The notes: generated by a model from the letters alone, not told the origin. Positions 50,001 to 63,874 are shown, counted from the stretch's first letter. The stretch: DNA of 64,000 bases from Isurus oxyrinchus (GCA_026770705.1 JANJGN010000007.1:103106001-103170000); one strand, 5' to 3'. Translations and numbers: made by a program.

Positions 50001-50649
50001 TGATGAAAGATGCTTGATTGAAAGAGTGTATGTGCACATATGAAGTTTGTGGAGGGGTCAGTATTCACATCTGTGATACCTCTTGCAGTCACATTTCTAT
50101 TTTTTTTGTCTTGCTGATGTTCAGTTTTTCATTTTAAAATGATAGCGATACTAAATGGGTTAATTTATAACAGGTAGTTGAGATGTTAAAAATTAGTTGA
50201 TGGGTTAGATAAACAGAAGCTATTCCCTCTGCCGGATGACCAAGTGGGCACAAGCCTTACATTAGAGCTTGGTCACTTATCAGGAAAATCAGCAAGCACT
50301 TTTTAAATGTAATCAGTAGTAGAATCTGGAACTCTCTCCTCAAAAGGTTCTGGATGCTGGGACTGTTCAAATCTTAAGGACTGATTTTGTTGTTGGGTAG
50401 TCATATCAAGGGATTTGGATCAAAGGTATGTAAATGTAGACAAGATACAGATCAGTGTTAAGGGGCTTAATGACCTACTCCTCTCGTTCTCTACAGAATT
50501 GACCATTCTTCATGCATTAGTCCAAGCAGTGAGTATAATCGGCTAATAACCAGATGATCTGGCTATTTATCTTCTTTTTGGTGGTACAAATTGGCTGCCA
50601 CATTTCCTCCATTACAAGTGACTACTATTCAAAAAGAATATTGCAAAAA

Positions 50650-51367
50650 GAGAGACAATGATGCTCAATGGCATTACCATCACTGAATCCCCCACTATCA
50701 ACATCCTGGGGGTTACCATTGATCAGAAACTGAACTGGACTAGCCATACAAATACTGTGGCTACAAGAGCAGGTCAGAGGCTAGGAATTATGCAACGAAT
50801 AGCTCACCTCCTGACTCCCCAAAGCCTGTCCACCATCTACAAGGCACAAGTCAGGAGTGTGATGGAATACTCCCCACTTGTCTGGAAGAGTGCAGCTTCC
50901 ACAACACTCAAGAAGTTTGACACTGTCCAGGACAAAGCAGCCCACTTGAATGGCACCACATCCGCAAACATTCACTCCCTCCACCACCGATGCACAGCAC
51001 AGTAGCAGTGTGCACCATCAACAATATGCACTACAAGACTTCACCAAGGCACCTTCAACAGCACTTTCCAAAGCCACGGCCACTACCATCTAGAAGGACA
51101 AGGGCAGCAGAAAGATGAAAACCCCTCTTTCTGGAAGTTCCCCTCCAAGTAACACACCAACCTGACTTGAAAATATATCACCATTCCTTCACTATTGCTG
51201 GGCCAAAATCCTGGAACTCCCTTCCTAACAGCACTGTGGGTGTACCTACACCAAATGGACTGCAGTGGTTCAAGAAGGCAGCTCACTACCACCTTCTCAA
51301 GGGCAACTAGGGATGGGCAATAAATGCTGGCCCAGCCAGCAAAGCCCACATCCCATCAATGAATAAA
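50650..51367 (+). mobile_element. LINE family B 3' fragment
   Basis: ORF 50658..51005, NGITITESPTINILGVTIDQKLNWTSH; complete family tail. Confidence 0.88.
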
Positions 51368-51429
51368 CAAAAATGCTGTTGAAGCGTTTCATCCTGCACT
51401 GATTAGGACAAAAGCACAAACGTCCTGAA

Positions 51430-53310
51430 GACCATTAGACATAGGAGCAAAAGTAGGCCATTCGGCCCATCTAGTCTGCTCTGCCATTCGATGAGTTCAT
51501 GGCTGATCTGATAATCCTCAACTCCACTTTCCTGCCTTTTCCCCATAACCCTTGATTCCCTTACTCATTAAAAATTTGTCTATCTTAGCCTTGAATATAC
51601 TTAACAACCTAGCCTCTAACAACCTAGCCTCTACAGCCCTCTGCGGTAAAAAATTCCAAAGATTGACTACCCTCTCAGAGAAGAAATTCCTTCTCATCTC
51701 TGTTTTAAATGGGCGCCCCCTTACTCTGAGATCATGCCCTCTGGTACTAGACTCTCCCACAAGGGGAAACAGCTTTTTAGCATCTACTCTGTCAAGCCCT
51801 CTAAGAATCCTATATGTTTCGATAAGGTCGCCTCTCATTCTTCTAAACTCCAATGAGTACAGGCCCAACCTATTCAGCCTCTCCTTATAAGGAAATCCCT
51901 TCATCCCTGGGATCAACCTAGTGAACCTTCTCTGGACTGCCTCCAATGCCAGTACACCTTTCCTTAGATAAGGGGACCAAAACCATTCACAGTATTCTAG
52001 GTGTGGTCTGATTGGTGCCTTGTATAGTTCCAGCAAGACTTCCCTATTTTTATACTCCATTCCCTTTGAAATAAAGGCCAACATTCAATTTGTTTTCCCT
52101 ATTACCTGAACTTGTATGCTGGCTTTTTGTGATTCATGCATGAGGACCCCCAAATCCCTCTGTGCTGCAGCTTTATTCAGTCTTTCTCCACTTAAGTAAT
52201 ATTCAGTTCCTCTATTCTTCCTGCCAAAGTGCATAACCTCACATTTTCCCACATTATATTCCATCTGCCACGTTTTTGCCCACACACTTAACCTGCCTAT
52301 ATCCCTCTGTAAACTCTTTGTATCATCCTCACCACTTGCTTTCCCACCTACTTTTGTGACATCCGCAAACTTGGCAATCATACATTTATTTCCCTCACCC
52401 AATTATTTACAATATATATACTTGTGGCCCCAGCACTGACCTCTGTGGGACTCCAATAGTTACAGATTGCCATCCTGAAAATGCCCCCCGCATCCCAACT
52501 CTCTGTCTTCTATTAGTTAGCCAGTCCTCTATCCATGCTAATATACTACCCCCAACGCCATGGGCTCTTATCCTATTAAGAAGCCTTATGTGTAGTACCT
52601 TATCAAACGCCTTTTGGAAATCCAAATATATTAAATCTACTGGTTCTCCTTTATCTATCCTGCTGGTTACCTCCTCAAAGAATTCTAATAAATTTGTCAG
52701 GCATGATTTCCCCTTCATGAAACTATGCTGACTCTGCTTGATTATATTACGCATTTCTAAATACTCTGCTGTTGCATCCTTTATAACAGACTCTAACATT
52801 TTTCCAATGACGTATGTTAAGCTAACTGGCCTATAGTTACCTATTTTTTTTTTATCTCCCTCCCTTTTTGGATAAGGGTGTTACATTGGCAGTTTTCCAA
52901 CCCTCTGGGATTCTTGGAAGATTACTACCAGTGCATCCACTATCTCTGCAACTATTTCCTTTAATATTCTAGGATGCAACCCATCAGGTCCAGGTGACTT
53001 ATTAGTCTTTAGCCCCATTAGTTTCCCTAGTACTTTTTCTCTAGTGATAGTTATTGTATTTATTTTCTCCCCTGCCCCCCTTTTGCCCCATGATTATTTA
53101 GTATTTTTGGTATGCTATTAGCACCTTCTACTGTGAAGACTGATGCAAAGTATTTATTCAATTCCTCTGTCATTTCCTGGTTCCCCAGTATTATTTCCCC
53201 AGCCTCATTCTCTAAGGAACCTATTTTGGCTGTGGCCTCTCTCTTCCTTTTTATATATTTAGAGAAGCTCTTCCTGTCCATTTTTATATTACTTGCTAGT
53301 TTACTCAAGT
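51430..53310 (-). mobile_element. CR1 LINE RT + 3' end, relatively well preserved
   Basis: ORFs 52407..52799, 52085..52402, 51518..52084: YLDFQKAFDKV, GVPQRSVLGP, FADVTK, RPHLEYC, LYSLEFRRMRGDLIE. Confidence 0.93.
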
Positions 53311-54829
53311 TTATACTACAGGAGAAAAGGGTGTTGACTGGTTGGCAAATTGACTGATTGGCCAAGGAATTGCCATGGTGAAAGCAATGGGGATCTATAG
53401 GCTTCCCGAGCTCCTGGGAAAGGTGCAAGGCTTGAACATGTTCCTTTTGTTTGCAGAGAATAGGTCCCTGTGTATGAATGTATGTCACTTCCAGTCAGCG
53501 TAAGTGGGCCACATTTCCAGCTTGACTGATCATCTTAAATTGGAAATTTAAATTTGAAAAGCACTTCAGTAGCTGTGAAGTGCTTTGAGACATCCTGAGA
53601 ACATGAAAGGTGCTATAGAAATTCAAGTCTTTCTTTATATTTAATCAGGGTTAACATTAGAACAAGACAATCTGGTCCTCACCATAATTCATAGGTCTAC
53701 ATTTCCAGGAAGATGCATAACAATCTTAAGCAGGAAGACTGGCCTTTTGCCCCTCCCTAACTGGGTGGTGCCAAGGTCAATTGCAGGCAGTGCTGCCATG
53801 CCTGTCAAGGTCAGCTGACTCAGCACAGAACCTAGAGCCTTCCTGGTCAGTTCACCCACTCAATGGACAAACTATGGGCAGCAAGGAAGCTGCAAACAGA
53901 AGATATACATTTATTTAGACTGCTGAACTTCAATATTAAGCCTGATAGTCCAGCAAATGGTATGTAACAATAGGCCAGCTTTAAGCATTGCAATTTAAAA
54001 ATTGTAGAATAGATTGCTCAGGAAAGAGTTCAAAGCCCCTTTCACCTCCATCTCCCATGTCAATAATTGCCTGTGAAGTGCCCACACCCTTCTACTTCCC
54101 CAAGTTCCGGAGCTCTTTGAGCTTCTTGCCTTTGCTAGTACATCTATTTAACATTAGCCCAAACCAGTAACCAAAACAGCTGGAAAATCAGGAGAAGATA
54201 TCTTTAAGAAAGCTTGATCGCACACCAATAACCTTCATCTGATATTGCTCAGAAATGACTACCCCAGACAAGAATACAGCAGCCTAACCTTGCAAAAGAG
54301 AGAGAATCCATCCCAGTAGGAATTGCACATTTCTGACAGCAACACTGGAGCTCCTACAGCTGCAGCTCAATGTTTAGTATCAGTCCAAGTTAAAACCTAC
54401 TCAGAAGGCAGAAAGTGAAGCTTCACATACTGCTTACTTTTACCAGTGAAAGATCCTACCCCAAGACACTCTACCTCATCACTGACAGTTTGAAGACAGG
54501 GTTTCATCGTTCATTACCTCAGGGTGGCTAAGCCTTACATTAGGCTACAGAAATCCTGGGAGTGGGACTTGTCTCTTAGGATTCGGCACAATTTCTTCAG
54601 CTTTAATTGTATATGTTGCAACCACCAACTAATTAGAGAAACTGGGATTGTCCCCCTTAGGGTAGAGAAGGTTTATGGGAAATTTAATAGAGGTGTTTAA
54701 AATCATCAGCAGTTTTGATAGAATAAATGAGAAGAAACTGTTCTGACTGGCAGAAGAGTTCATAGCCAGAGGTCAGAGTTTTAATTGGCAAAAGAACTGA
54801 AGGTGGGGGTGGTGGGGAGGGAAGACATA

Positions 54830-55507
54830 GGCCAAAATTTAAGTGCTGTGATCGTATGTGTGGCCGGCCTGACCTAGCATGAAATTGCACGAGAAAACAT
54901 CAGGCAAGTGTCCCGACATCATAGTGACGTCGCACCATATCACAGTCGGAGGGCGCACGTGGGAGTCAGAAGCGCACCTGCCAACAATTAAAATTACAAT
55001 TAAGCCAATTAAAACTCCAATTGACCAGGATTTTTAGTGGCCTGTGCACTTTTAGGCTTGGTGCATAGCCCAATCAGCTAGCCGGTCTTTACGTTTTTGC
55101 ATCATTCTCGATCCAGGGCAGGATAAAATGCCCAGATTATGCTTGAAGGTTGAGGTGTTAGGAGCATTGCTGTCAGTTATTGGTTGTTGCATTAGAGATA
55201 GTTTATGGCATTTTCTGTGTGCAAATATCTTTTGAACAATACTTCAGCTCAGAGGCAGCTCTGCAGCAGTTGTCAGCCTTCATGGAGCTCGTTGTAGACT
55301 GCCCGCCTACACCTTCACTTGTCTCGGTGCCACCCTCCCTCCCCTGGCAGCACCGAGCCCCTCTCAGCATCCGTGTCACGCTGGCCTCCAGTTAGTTGGT
55401 CAGCCAGCGTGAAATCACGTTTCTTCTCCGATGTCAGCTGGGAGTGGATTCCACGCCCACTCCAGGTCTGCTGATTGCGTGCGCCCAACAGGTGAAAAAT
55501 TCAGGTC
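54830..55507. mobile_element. MITE-like element (imperfect TIR GGCCAAAATTT…AAATTCAGGTC) inserted in a CR1 3' fragment (54620-55740)
   Basis: CpG-richer insert that splits the CR1 motif agacat|…|atggagaatattttt; 8/11 terminal inverted match. Confidence 0.5.
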
Positions 55508-57554
55508 ATGGAGAATATTTTTTTTAAAAACACAATGAGTTACGATGATTTGGAATGCACTGCCCAATGACTGGTGGAAGGAGATTCAATTATAACTTTT
55601 GAAAATAAATTGGATAAATACTTGAAAAAGGGAATTTGCAAAGTTCTGGGGAAAGTTCTGGGTATGAGGACTAATGGAATAGCCTTCAAAGAGCTGGCAA
55701 GGCACAATGAGCAAGGCATAATGTAGGATTCTATGAACAGGGTCATTGTGTGTAAGGCCCTCCATCCGTCAGTTATCATTAACTACGTCATTATACAATT
55801 TAATTAATAAAATACCCTTTTTCAAATCCCTTCATAAAACCATTAAATACACTGTCAAAGACCCATAAAAAGTAAGTGAGATAAATGTGGCCCAAAGAAC
55901 ACAAGTCCCATTGCTTCTTCAATTTGATGCCATATACTGCGAAGGATCAATCAATGTTATATTTTAGATGGAATTAGCTAAGCTAATCTCAAGTGATTCT
56001 CATTCAAATTCATTTCAACATTTTCAACTAATGAAATTAATGGACCGGCTAGTTGGTGGAATGAGGACAGTGTAACTGCTCAGATTCAATGGAATACTCT
56101 GGCAAAGAGGACCCTGCCTAGGTAAGCCTGTTCCCTATACTACTGTACCCTAAACCAGGGTGCATGTGTAAAATGATAAATTCGCTCTAAAGACCAATGA
56201 CAACGAGATGGAATCAGGCCCAATATATGCACATCCCAAATGCAATCAGTCAAGTCATACATACATATTTATTTAATATATACACTCCTGTCATACAGTC
56301 ATTGTGGCACTAATGTATCAGGTTACAGGGGACAGGGATATGCACTTGGATTCAGTTGATATTAAGCTTTCACAAAGTTTTGGAAACAAAGAGACACTGG
56401 GCTTTTTGACAGCTTCAAGAGTGGAGAGTTTCTTTGAAAGGAAACTATTTTTCAAGCTTCCCTTGAAGGAATGATATTTTCCAAAGATTTCCATTTTACA
56501 CTTGCCCAGGTTTCAGTTCCCAAAGCCAGAATTCAAAGCTAGGTCTGCCATCTAGGGTTTGGGGATGAGGCGACTGCATCGTGCAGACAAGGCACTCTTC
56601 AATCAGTGATGAGACTCCGTTGGATTTTGCACCACACAGTGACACCCGCTTTATCCTAGTGCCAGTTACCAGATCACTTACAGCCTCAGCAGCCCCAAGA
56701 TGGGCAAACTGCGACCATTTTTAAAAACGAACTTACACTTCACAAATAATGGGCCCATGCCATTCAGCTTCATCAGACAAGTGATGGAGAAATATCAGGA
56801 GGGCCAATTGTAAGAAGTGGTATTTTTCAGGTTATAAGATTAGTAGGCACAGTATGAGGCCATCTGGCAAAAGGCTGTTTCTCTTCTCTCTCTGGAACAT
56901 AAGAAACAAATGCAAAAAAAAGCTAGCAGACAGCTTGAGGTAAAACAAAGATAACAGTCAAGCAGAATGGCACTTCTGAGTCTTGTGGCTCTTGTGTCCC
57001 CTCTTATCTATAGAAGTGTCTGGTAGGAGTTACCAACTGGCACCCAGCATGAGATAAACTAAAATATGACCTCAATCAAAAAGAGATGGACAGAGGGGAG
57101 GTGAGATCTTGGATACATGCCCTTCGGTTATTGGGTAGAGCTACTTGAACAAGTGAGTGACATAGGTTGAACAAACAGCCCTAGAAATAAAGTATATCAA
57201 TGGTTGCTCAGGGGTTGAGGGGGCAGTCCTCGCCAAACAAAAGGTGACAAGCAAAGAACTTCCTAACACCTCAGCCAGCTCGAGAAGACAAAAGAACAAA
57301 GAGAAGAAAGTTGCAGCAAACAGACAAAAGAATGCCACCTCCAGCTGCAAAGATCAGCTACTCGACTACATCTGCCCACCCGTCCTCCAGGATCAGCAAA
57401 CTGCTCTCACCTGTCATGGGTCATATGCTTTTTCCAATTATTTAATTTATTCATCATATCTAAGTGAATCTGTTGCTTCTTAATAAGTTACTTCACGATG
57501 ACCATGACTGTCTTTTTGGGTCATGTATGACTCTTGGACCTAAATCTCTGACAA

Positions 57555-57975
57555 TTCATCAATCTAGAGAAGGCTTATGACCAGTTACCTAGGGAGGAAG
57601 TCTGGAGGTGTGCTAGATATAAGGTGCTGTCCCTGAGATGTATGTGTGACAATTACAGGACATGTACAAGGAATGCCAGACAAGAGCAAATTGCTGTGTG
57701 GGGTAGAGTGAGTTTCAAATTCAAAATTGGATTACACCAAGGATCAGCACTGAGCCCCTTCCTCTTCCTGATTGTCATGGATATTCTAACTGAGCAAACG
57801 AGGTGGGAAGTGCCATGGTGAATGATGTTTGCAGAGGGCATTGTGCTATGTGGTGGGGTTGAGTAGTATATGACTGAACACCTGGAGATTTGGAGAAAAG
57901 CAATGGAAAGGAGTATGAAGATCAGTAGACCAAAGACCCAATATATGGATCATCAGTTTGAGCCAAGGGAAGAGA
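57555..57975 (+). mobile_element. RTE-clade LINE RT fragment
   Basis: FINLEKAYDQLPREEVWRC…FKIGLHQGSALSPFLFLIVMDILTE…EVPW*MMFAEGIVLC. Confidence 0.8.
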
Positions 57976-58399
57976 GCAATGTTCCCTTTAAGCTGCGTGT
58001 GCACGCTGCTGTGCAACAAGTGGGACTGTGCCATGCAGGGAACAAAAGAGTCACACACAAGCAAAGTTTCCTTCAAGTGCGGGCATGCATTAATCTTAAA
58101 GAGGCCATGCACTATGCCAAGCCAGCCACACACAGCAAACTGAAGTTGGAGGGAATATTGGTAGGGAGCCTTGCCCACCAGGAAGCATATCAGAAATTCA
58201 AATGCATACCATGATTGATTTTCAGAAGGTTTGGTTAACTGTGCATTGCGCAAGGTCAAATTTCCAATCTGTGGGCCGATGGGCCAGGAATGCCAAGCCA
58301 GAAAGTTCCTCCTGCAACCCATGGCTTGTCTGGATCGTGCACAGCTGTCTGGTCTGTTAATTGACTTCAGACTTCAGCTTTCACTGTGATTTTCTCATC

Positions 58400-58845
58400 T
58401 ATTACAGGAGAAATGGTGAATCTTTGGAATTCTCTACGTCAGAGGGCTGGGAGACTCAGTCACAGAGTATGTTCAAAGCAGAGGTCGATAGATTTCTAGA
58501 TATCAATGACATCAAGGGATATGGGGATGGTGCAGAAAGGTGGCGCTGAGAAGATCAGCCATGACCTAGTTAAGTGGTGGAGCAAGGTTGACTCTTGCCG
58601 AATGGCCGACTCTTGCTCTTATGTTCCAAAAAAATCTGTTGTGATCCTGGACTAACGTCCAACTCTCAAAACAAATTATACAGTTAATCATCGCATTGCT
58701 GTTTGTGGGACCTTGCTGTGTACAAACTGATTGCCACATTAATCTACATAATGACAGTGACTACACTTGAAAAGGTTCAGTGACTGCGAGAGGCATTGGG
58801 ATGACTTGAGGACATGAAAAGCGCTACATTATTGCAAAGTATTTC
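58400..58845 (+). mobile_element. CR1 3' end (58400-58626) followed by Deu-SINE 3' half (58640-58845)
   Basis: gaatctttggaattctctac…gaatggccgactcttgctcttatgtt; then cattgctgtttgtgggaccttgctgtgtacaaactgattgcc. Confidence 0.7.
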
Positions 58846-59869
58846 TGTTTTACTTTCCAGAACTATGTTTTGTTTCACACTCCCAACGTTTATGATCCTT
58901 TGTTTATGATTTGTAGGTCATGCACCAGTTTGCACCTCATTCCACACTTTTTTAAGAAACTTATCAAAAATATTAATTGCCTCTCCGTAAAGGGAAGCAA
59001 CATTCCTTGAATTTCAGTTAGCTTCTCTCCTCCCAGGTCTCATTTTTGGGGTTTCCTGAGCTAGTTTCCAATTCTGTACGGTCTAACACCTTGTAACATG
59101 AATTCTAATTTTTCTTCAAATGCTGTCAAACCAGCTAAGTAATTTCCAACCTTGTCTATTTTCATCTCCAATAATTTAGTGCATGCAATCATAGTAATGA
59201 GGCCATTCATCCCCTCGAGCCTATTCCACCATTCTAGATCGTGGCTGGTCTGTAAATAAATCCAAATTACCAAAGACAATCCCATAAAGATCCAACCTAT
59301 TCCTTATCCCACAGCCTTTCCTTGTCTTCTTGCACGTTCGCCTAGCTTAAAATAGTCATCAATAAGGTCATAAGATATAGACCATTCGGCCCATCGAGCC
59401 TGCTCTGCCATTCGTTAAGATCATGGCTGATCTGGTTGTGGCTATAACGCCATTTTCCTGCTCCTCCTGCAATTTCCTTTGAAATGATGTGATGGCTTAT
59501 GCCTTAACGGATACTTGTTGTAACGCATTCTACTTTCCTTCATTACTTATTCACTAAGAGGTGGAAACAATTTTTCTCTGTTCACCACAGCAAAACCTTC
59601 CATAATCTTAAAACCCGCCCCTACCCACCTGTCCACCCAACATCAATCTTCTCTGCTCCAGGTTTGTAGGAAATTTCTTCAAAACTCATTGTTCAATACC
59701 AGTGAATCTTTCTGGAACTTATTTGTGGTTCAAATATCCTTCCTTGGATGAGTGCCCTGCATTGTAAGCTTTCAGTGGGACTTTACATCTGCTGTTCCAC
59801 CTTAACAATCTGTTGGGTCACTCTCTCTGCTCCAATAAGAATCGCTTTACTATTACAAATTCAATTAAT

Positions 59870-60235
59870 TATTAACTTCAATTAATAAATAAATCTAGAA
59901 TTGAAAGCTAGTCTCAGTAATGGTGACCATGAAACCACCATCGTTTGTCGTAAAAACCCATCTGGTTCACTAATGTCCTTTAGGGAAAAGATCTGCCGTC
60001 CTTACCTGGTCTAAATATGACAATTCCAGACCCACAGCAATGTGGTTGACTCTTAAATGCCCTCTGAAATGACCTAGCAAGCCACTCAATTGTACCAAAT
60101 CACTATAGAAAAGTGGAGCAAGATGGAATGCAGCAGTTCAAGGCGGTGGCTCACCACCACTTTCTCAAGGGCAATTAGGGATTGACAACAAATGCTGGCT
60201 TTGCCTGTGACACTCACATCCTGTGAAAAGATTAA
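59870..60235 (+). mobile_element. SINE with LINE-B tail
   Basis: gtaaaaacccatctggttcactaatgtcctttaggg…ctcaagggcaattagggattgacaacaaatgctggc. Confidence 0.75.
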
Positions 60236-61444
60236 AAAAAGGACTAGGGGACAGAGATTTAAAGTTTTGAACAAGAAATGCAAGGGATGAGCAGCAAGTG
60301 CTAATGATCTTGAACTAGCTGCCTACGGAGGTGCTGTAAATAGAGATGATGAATGATTTCAAAAGGAAATTGGATGGGCACTTGAGTGAAATGAATTTAC
60401 AAGGATAGAGCAAGGAAATGGGACTGACTGGATTGCTGTTCAGAGAACTGGCATGGATTTGATGGGTTGAATGGCCTCGTGCTGTAAGACTTGATTTTTC
60501 CCCACAAAATGTACCCAAAGCACAACCTGAGCTTCATCTTCCATTTATCTTTCCGCTCTGAGAGCAATGTCTGTATGTAATCTGAGTTCTTCCTCACAGT
60601 TTTGCCATCAACACAATTACAACTGAAACAAAAAAAGTGCAAGACAGAAACAGGAATACAATGACAGACACCACATTCTCCCACTTACCTGTATGTTGGA
60701 AGATTATTGGTTCAATTCCTGTGCAGAACTTGAGCACAAAAATCTAAGTTGGCACTTCCAATGATACAGTGCTGTATTGTTGGTGGTGTCGTATTTTGGA
60801 TGAGATGCTCAACCGACGTGGGCGTAGAAAATCCCATTGCTCTATGGCTTGGGCCTTGAACTGAGCTGAGACCCACCACTGGGTGAGGAAGGGTGAGGTA
60901 TCCACCAGCAAACCCTCTCCTTTGCCCTGCAGGTTTTCTAACACTGCTGCAGTGATTACAATGATCACTTTTGTGGGGCAGACAAAGGAATAGAAATGGG
61001 GAAGCTACCCAGGCTGCGTCCTCCCCGGTATTAAAATGCAGGTGCTAGGCAGAGAGGCCTTCCCAGTTTAGACAGAGAAAAGAAAATGGAAGTTGCAGCA
61101 GGAACATGGTGCAGGTCTTGTTGCCCAATTTGGGATGGGATAGCTGAGGAATATAAGTGAACAGAGGATATCCTTGGATTAGGTACAATCAGATCTGGTC
61201 CAATACCAAACATAACCCCATCTCCCCTCCATTTCCTCCTGGTAACAGACCAGAATGTGAAACAAAGAGGCAACTCTAGCAGAATAGATATTTGTACCAA
61301 TGCTGCCGAGGTTGTCTATTTCCGCTTGGTGTCAAGTGAAGGAGCACTCATATTGAAAATTCCTAATCTGCTGCGTCTAAAGAACACAGTTTACAAAGGG
61401 ATAGTGGGTACTGTCCCAACCCTCCCTCACCAAGCCTCCCAAAG

Positions 61445-62035
61445 TACATGAGTGTTATCAAACAAAATCTGACACCAAGCCACAAAAGGAGAAATGAAGA
61501 CATGCAGCCAAAAGCTTGGCCAGAGAGGGAGATTTTAAGGAGCATCTTAAAGGAGTGAACAGAGGAAGAGAGGTGGAGTGATTTAGTGAGGAATTGCAGA
61601 GCTTAGGGACGAAGCAACTATAGGCCCCCCCACCCCCCACACCACTCCACCACCACCACCACGGGTAGAATGATTAAAATTGAGGATGCTGCAAGAAGAC
61701 AGAATTGGAGAAGCACAGCAGATATCTGAGGGTTTTAAGGCTGGGGGAGATTACAGAAGAAAGGCCATGAGGGATTTGAAACAAAGATGAGAATTTTAAA
61801 ATTAAGGTGCTGCTTAACCAGGTGCCAAGTCAGTGAGCACCGGGGTGAACAGGATTTGGTGTGAGTAAGGATACAGGCAGCGTTTTGGATAAGCTTAAGT
61901 TTCAGGAGGGTGTAAGATGGAAGTATGCTGCAATAGTTCAGAGGCAGTACAGAGATAACAAAGGCATGGATAAAGGCTTCAGTAGCAGATAAGCTGAGAC
62001 AGGGGCAGCTGGGTGATGTATGAAGGTGGAAATAG
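61445..62035 (-). mobile_element. L2-type LINE 3' fragment
   Basis: ORF 61735..62115: LSLSATEAFIHAFVIS…KLKLIQNAACILT, an L2 ORF2 C-terminus. Confidence 0.75.

Positions 62036-62036
<1 letters not shown>

Positions 62037-62097
<61 letters not shown>
62037..62097. repeat. (TG)n microsatellite, about 30 units
   Basis: Direct reading. Confidence 0.97.
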
Positions 62098-62098
<1 letters not shown>

Positions 62099-62544
62099 TG
62101 CGTGTGGGCATGCACGTGACATGATTAAAAAGTGCAGGAAGCATTGACTCCCTTATTGGGATTCTAATGCTCCAGCCTTCCAGCTGGTGGGCATCATTGA
62201 ATGCATTTTAATTCCAAATGCATGGAGATTAAACAACAGCAAATGGAAAATATCAAATACAATTTTTCTTCTTGTTCTTTAGCTGGGTTTCAATGTTGAA
62301 TTTTCAATAGTAAAGCATTGTTAGTTCAAGTGATAGAATGCTTAAAGAACTGTGGATGTTGAATCAATTGAAAGTTTCAAAATTGACATTGACTGACTTT
62401 CAAAGGTAAGGGTGTGAATAGATATAGAATCATAAAATGGTTACAGTAAATATAGAATCATAGGAACAGTTACAGCAAATAGATATGGAATCATTGAACA
62501 GTTAAAGTTTAGCAGGCGGCTTTCAAACCGCCGTGCCCAAATCG

Positions 62545-62967
62545 ACACTGCTTGATTGGCACCCCATCCAGAAACATTCACTCCCTCCACCACCGACACA
62601 CAGTCGTAGCAGTGTGTGTGAACTACAAGATGCACTGCAGGAATTCACCAAGGATCCTTCGACAGCACCTTCCAAACCCACAACCACTAGCATTTAGAGG
62701 GACAAGGGTAGCAGGTAAATGGGAACACCACCACCTGGAAGTTCCCCTCCAATTCGGTCACCATCCTGACTTGGAAATATATCACCGTTCCTCCATTGTC
62801 GCTGGGCCAAAATCCTGGAACTCCTTCCAAACAGAACTGTGGGTGTACCTGCACCACACGGACAGCGGTTCAAGAAGGCAGCTCATAATCACCTTCTCAA
62901 GGGCAACTAGGGATGGGCAATAAATGTTGGCCCAGCTGGCGAAGCCCACATACCATGAATGAATAAA
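62545..62967 (+). mobile_element. LINE family B 3' fragment
   Basis: NIHSLHHRHTVVAVC…YKMHCRNSPRILRQHLPNP plus the family tail. Confidence 0.85.
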
Positions 62968-62969
62968 GC

Positions 62970-63812
62970 AATTCAGTCAGTCCCACTGTTCCCCATAGCC
63001 CTGCAAATTTTTTCTCTTCAGATTCCCTTTTGAAAGCTCCAATTGTATCTGCCTCCATCACATTCTCAGGCAATGCATTCAGAATCCTAACCATTTGCTA
63101 CGTAAAAAAGATTTTCCTCTTACTGCCATTGGTTCTTTTGCCAATCACCTCAAATCGGTATCTTGTGGTTCTTAACTCTTCTGCCAATGAGATCTGCTCT
63201 CTATACGTGTCTAGACCCTTTTAATTTTGAACACCTCTATCAAATCTCCTCTCAATCTTCTCTTCTCCAAGGAGAACAAGCCCAGCTTCTCTAATCTACC
63301 TAGGTAACTCAAGTTTCTCACCACTAGAACCATTCTCATGAATATTTTCTACACCCTAATACCTTCAAATCCTTCCTCCCAGAATTTGACACAATATTCC
63401 AGCTGAGTTGGAGTATTTCATAAGTGTTTTATAAGGTTCATCATACCTTCCTTGTTTTTGTACTCTATGCCTCTATTTATAGAGCCCAGGATCCTGTACA
63501 CCGTCTTAACCATTTTCTCAACCTGCCCTGCTACATTCAATGAATTGTGCATATACAATTCCAGGTCTCTCTGTTGCTGCACCCCCTTTCGCGTTGTGCC
63601 CATTATTTTATATTGCCTTGTACTTCTAAAATGTTCTTCACATTTTTCTGTAATAAATTTCATCTGCCATACATCCGCCCATTACATGAGCCTATGTCCT
63701 CTTGGACTCTATCACTATCCTCCTCACAGTTCACAATAGTTCCATGTTTTGTGTCATGTGCAAATTTTGAAATTGTGCTCTACACATCCAAGTCTACGTC
63801 ATTAATATAAAT
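62970..63812 (-). mobile_element. CR1 3' fragment
   Basis: QRDLELYMHNSLNVAGQVEK…RILGSINRGIEYKNKE; caaatctcctctcaatcttctcttctccaaggagaac. Confidence 0.75.
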
Positions 63813-63874
63813 CAATAAATATTTATGGAACTAATATGGGCAGATGAAGTTGAGACACAGGTCAGCCCTGTCAG

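Noticed and set aside
48500-50092. Long ORFs 48500..49129, 49580..50092 and overlapping frames
   Set aside because: Antisense of CR1 ORF1 or translations of G/A low-complexity sequence.
51518-52799. RT-like ORFs as an active retrotransposon or host gene
   Set aside because: Split by frameshifts, 5' truncated, and the catalytic FADD is altered to FADV.
62415-62510. Three imperfect repeats of about 29 bp (atatagaatcata…gttacag), superficially array-like
   Set aside because: Degenerate tandem repeat resembling CR1 catagaat tails; no unique spacers, eukaryotic context, not CRISPR.
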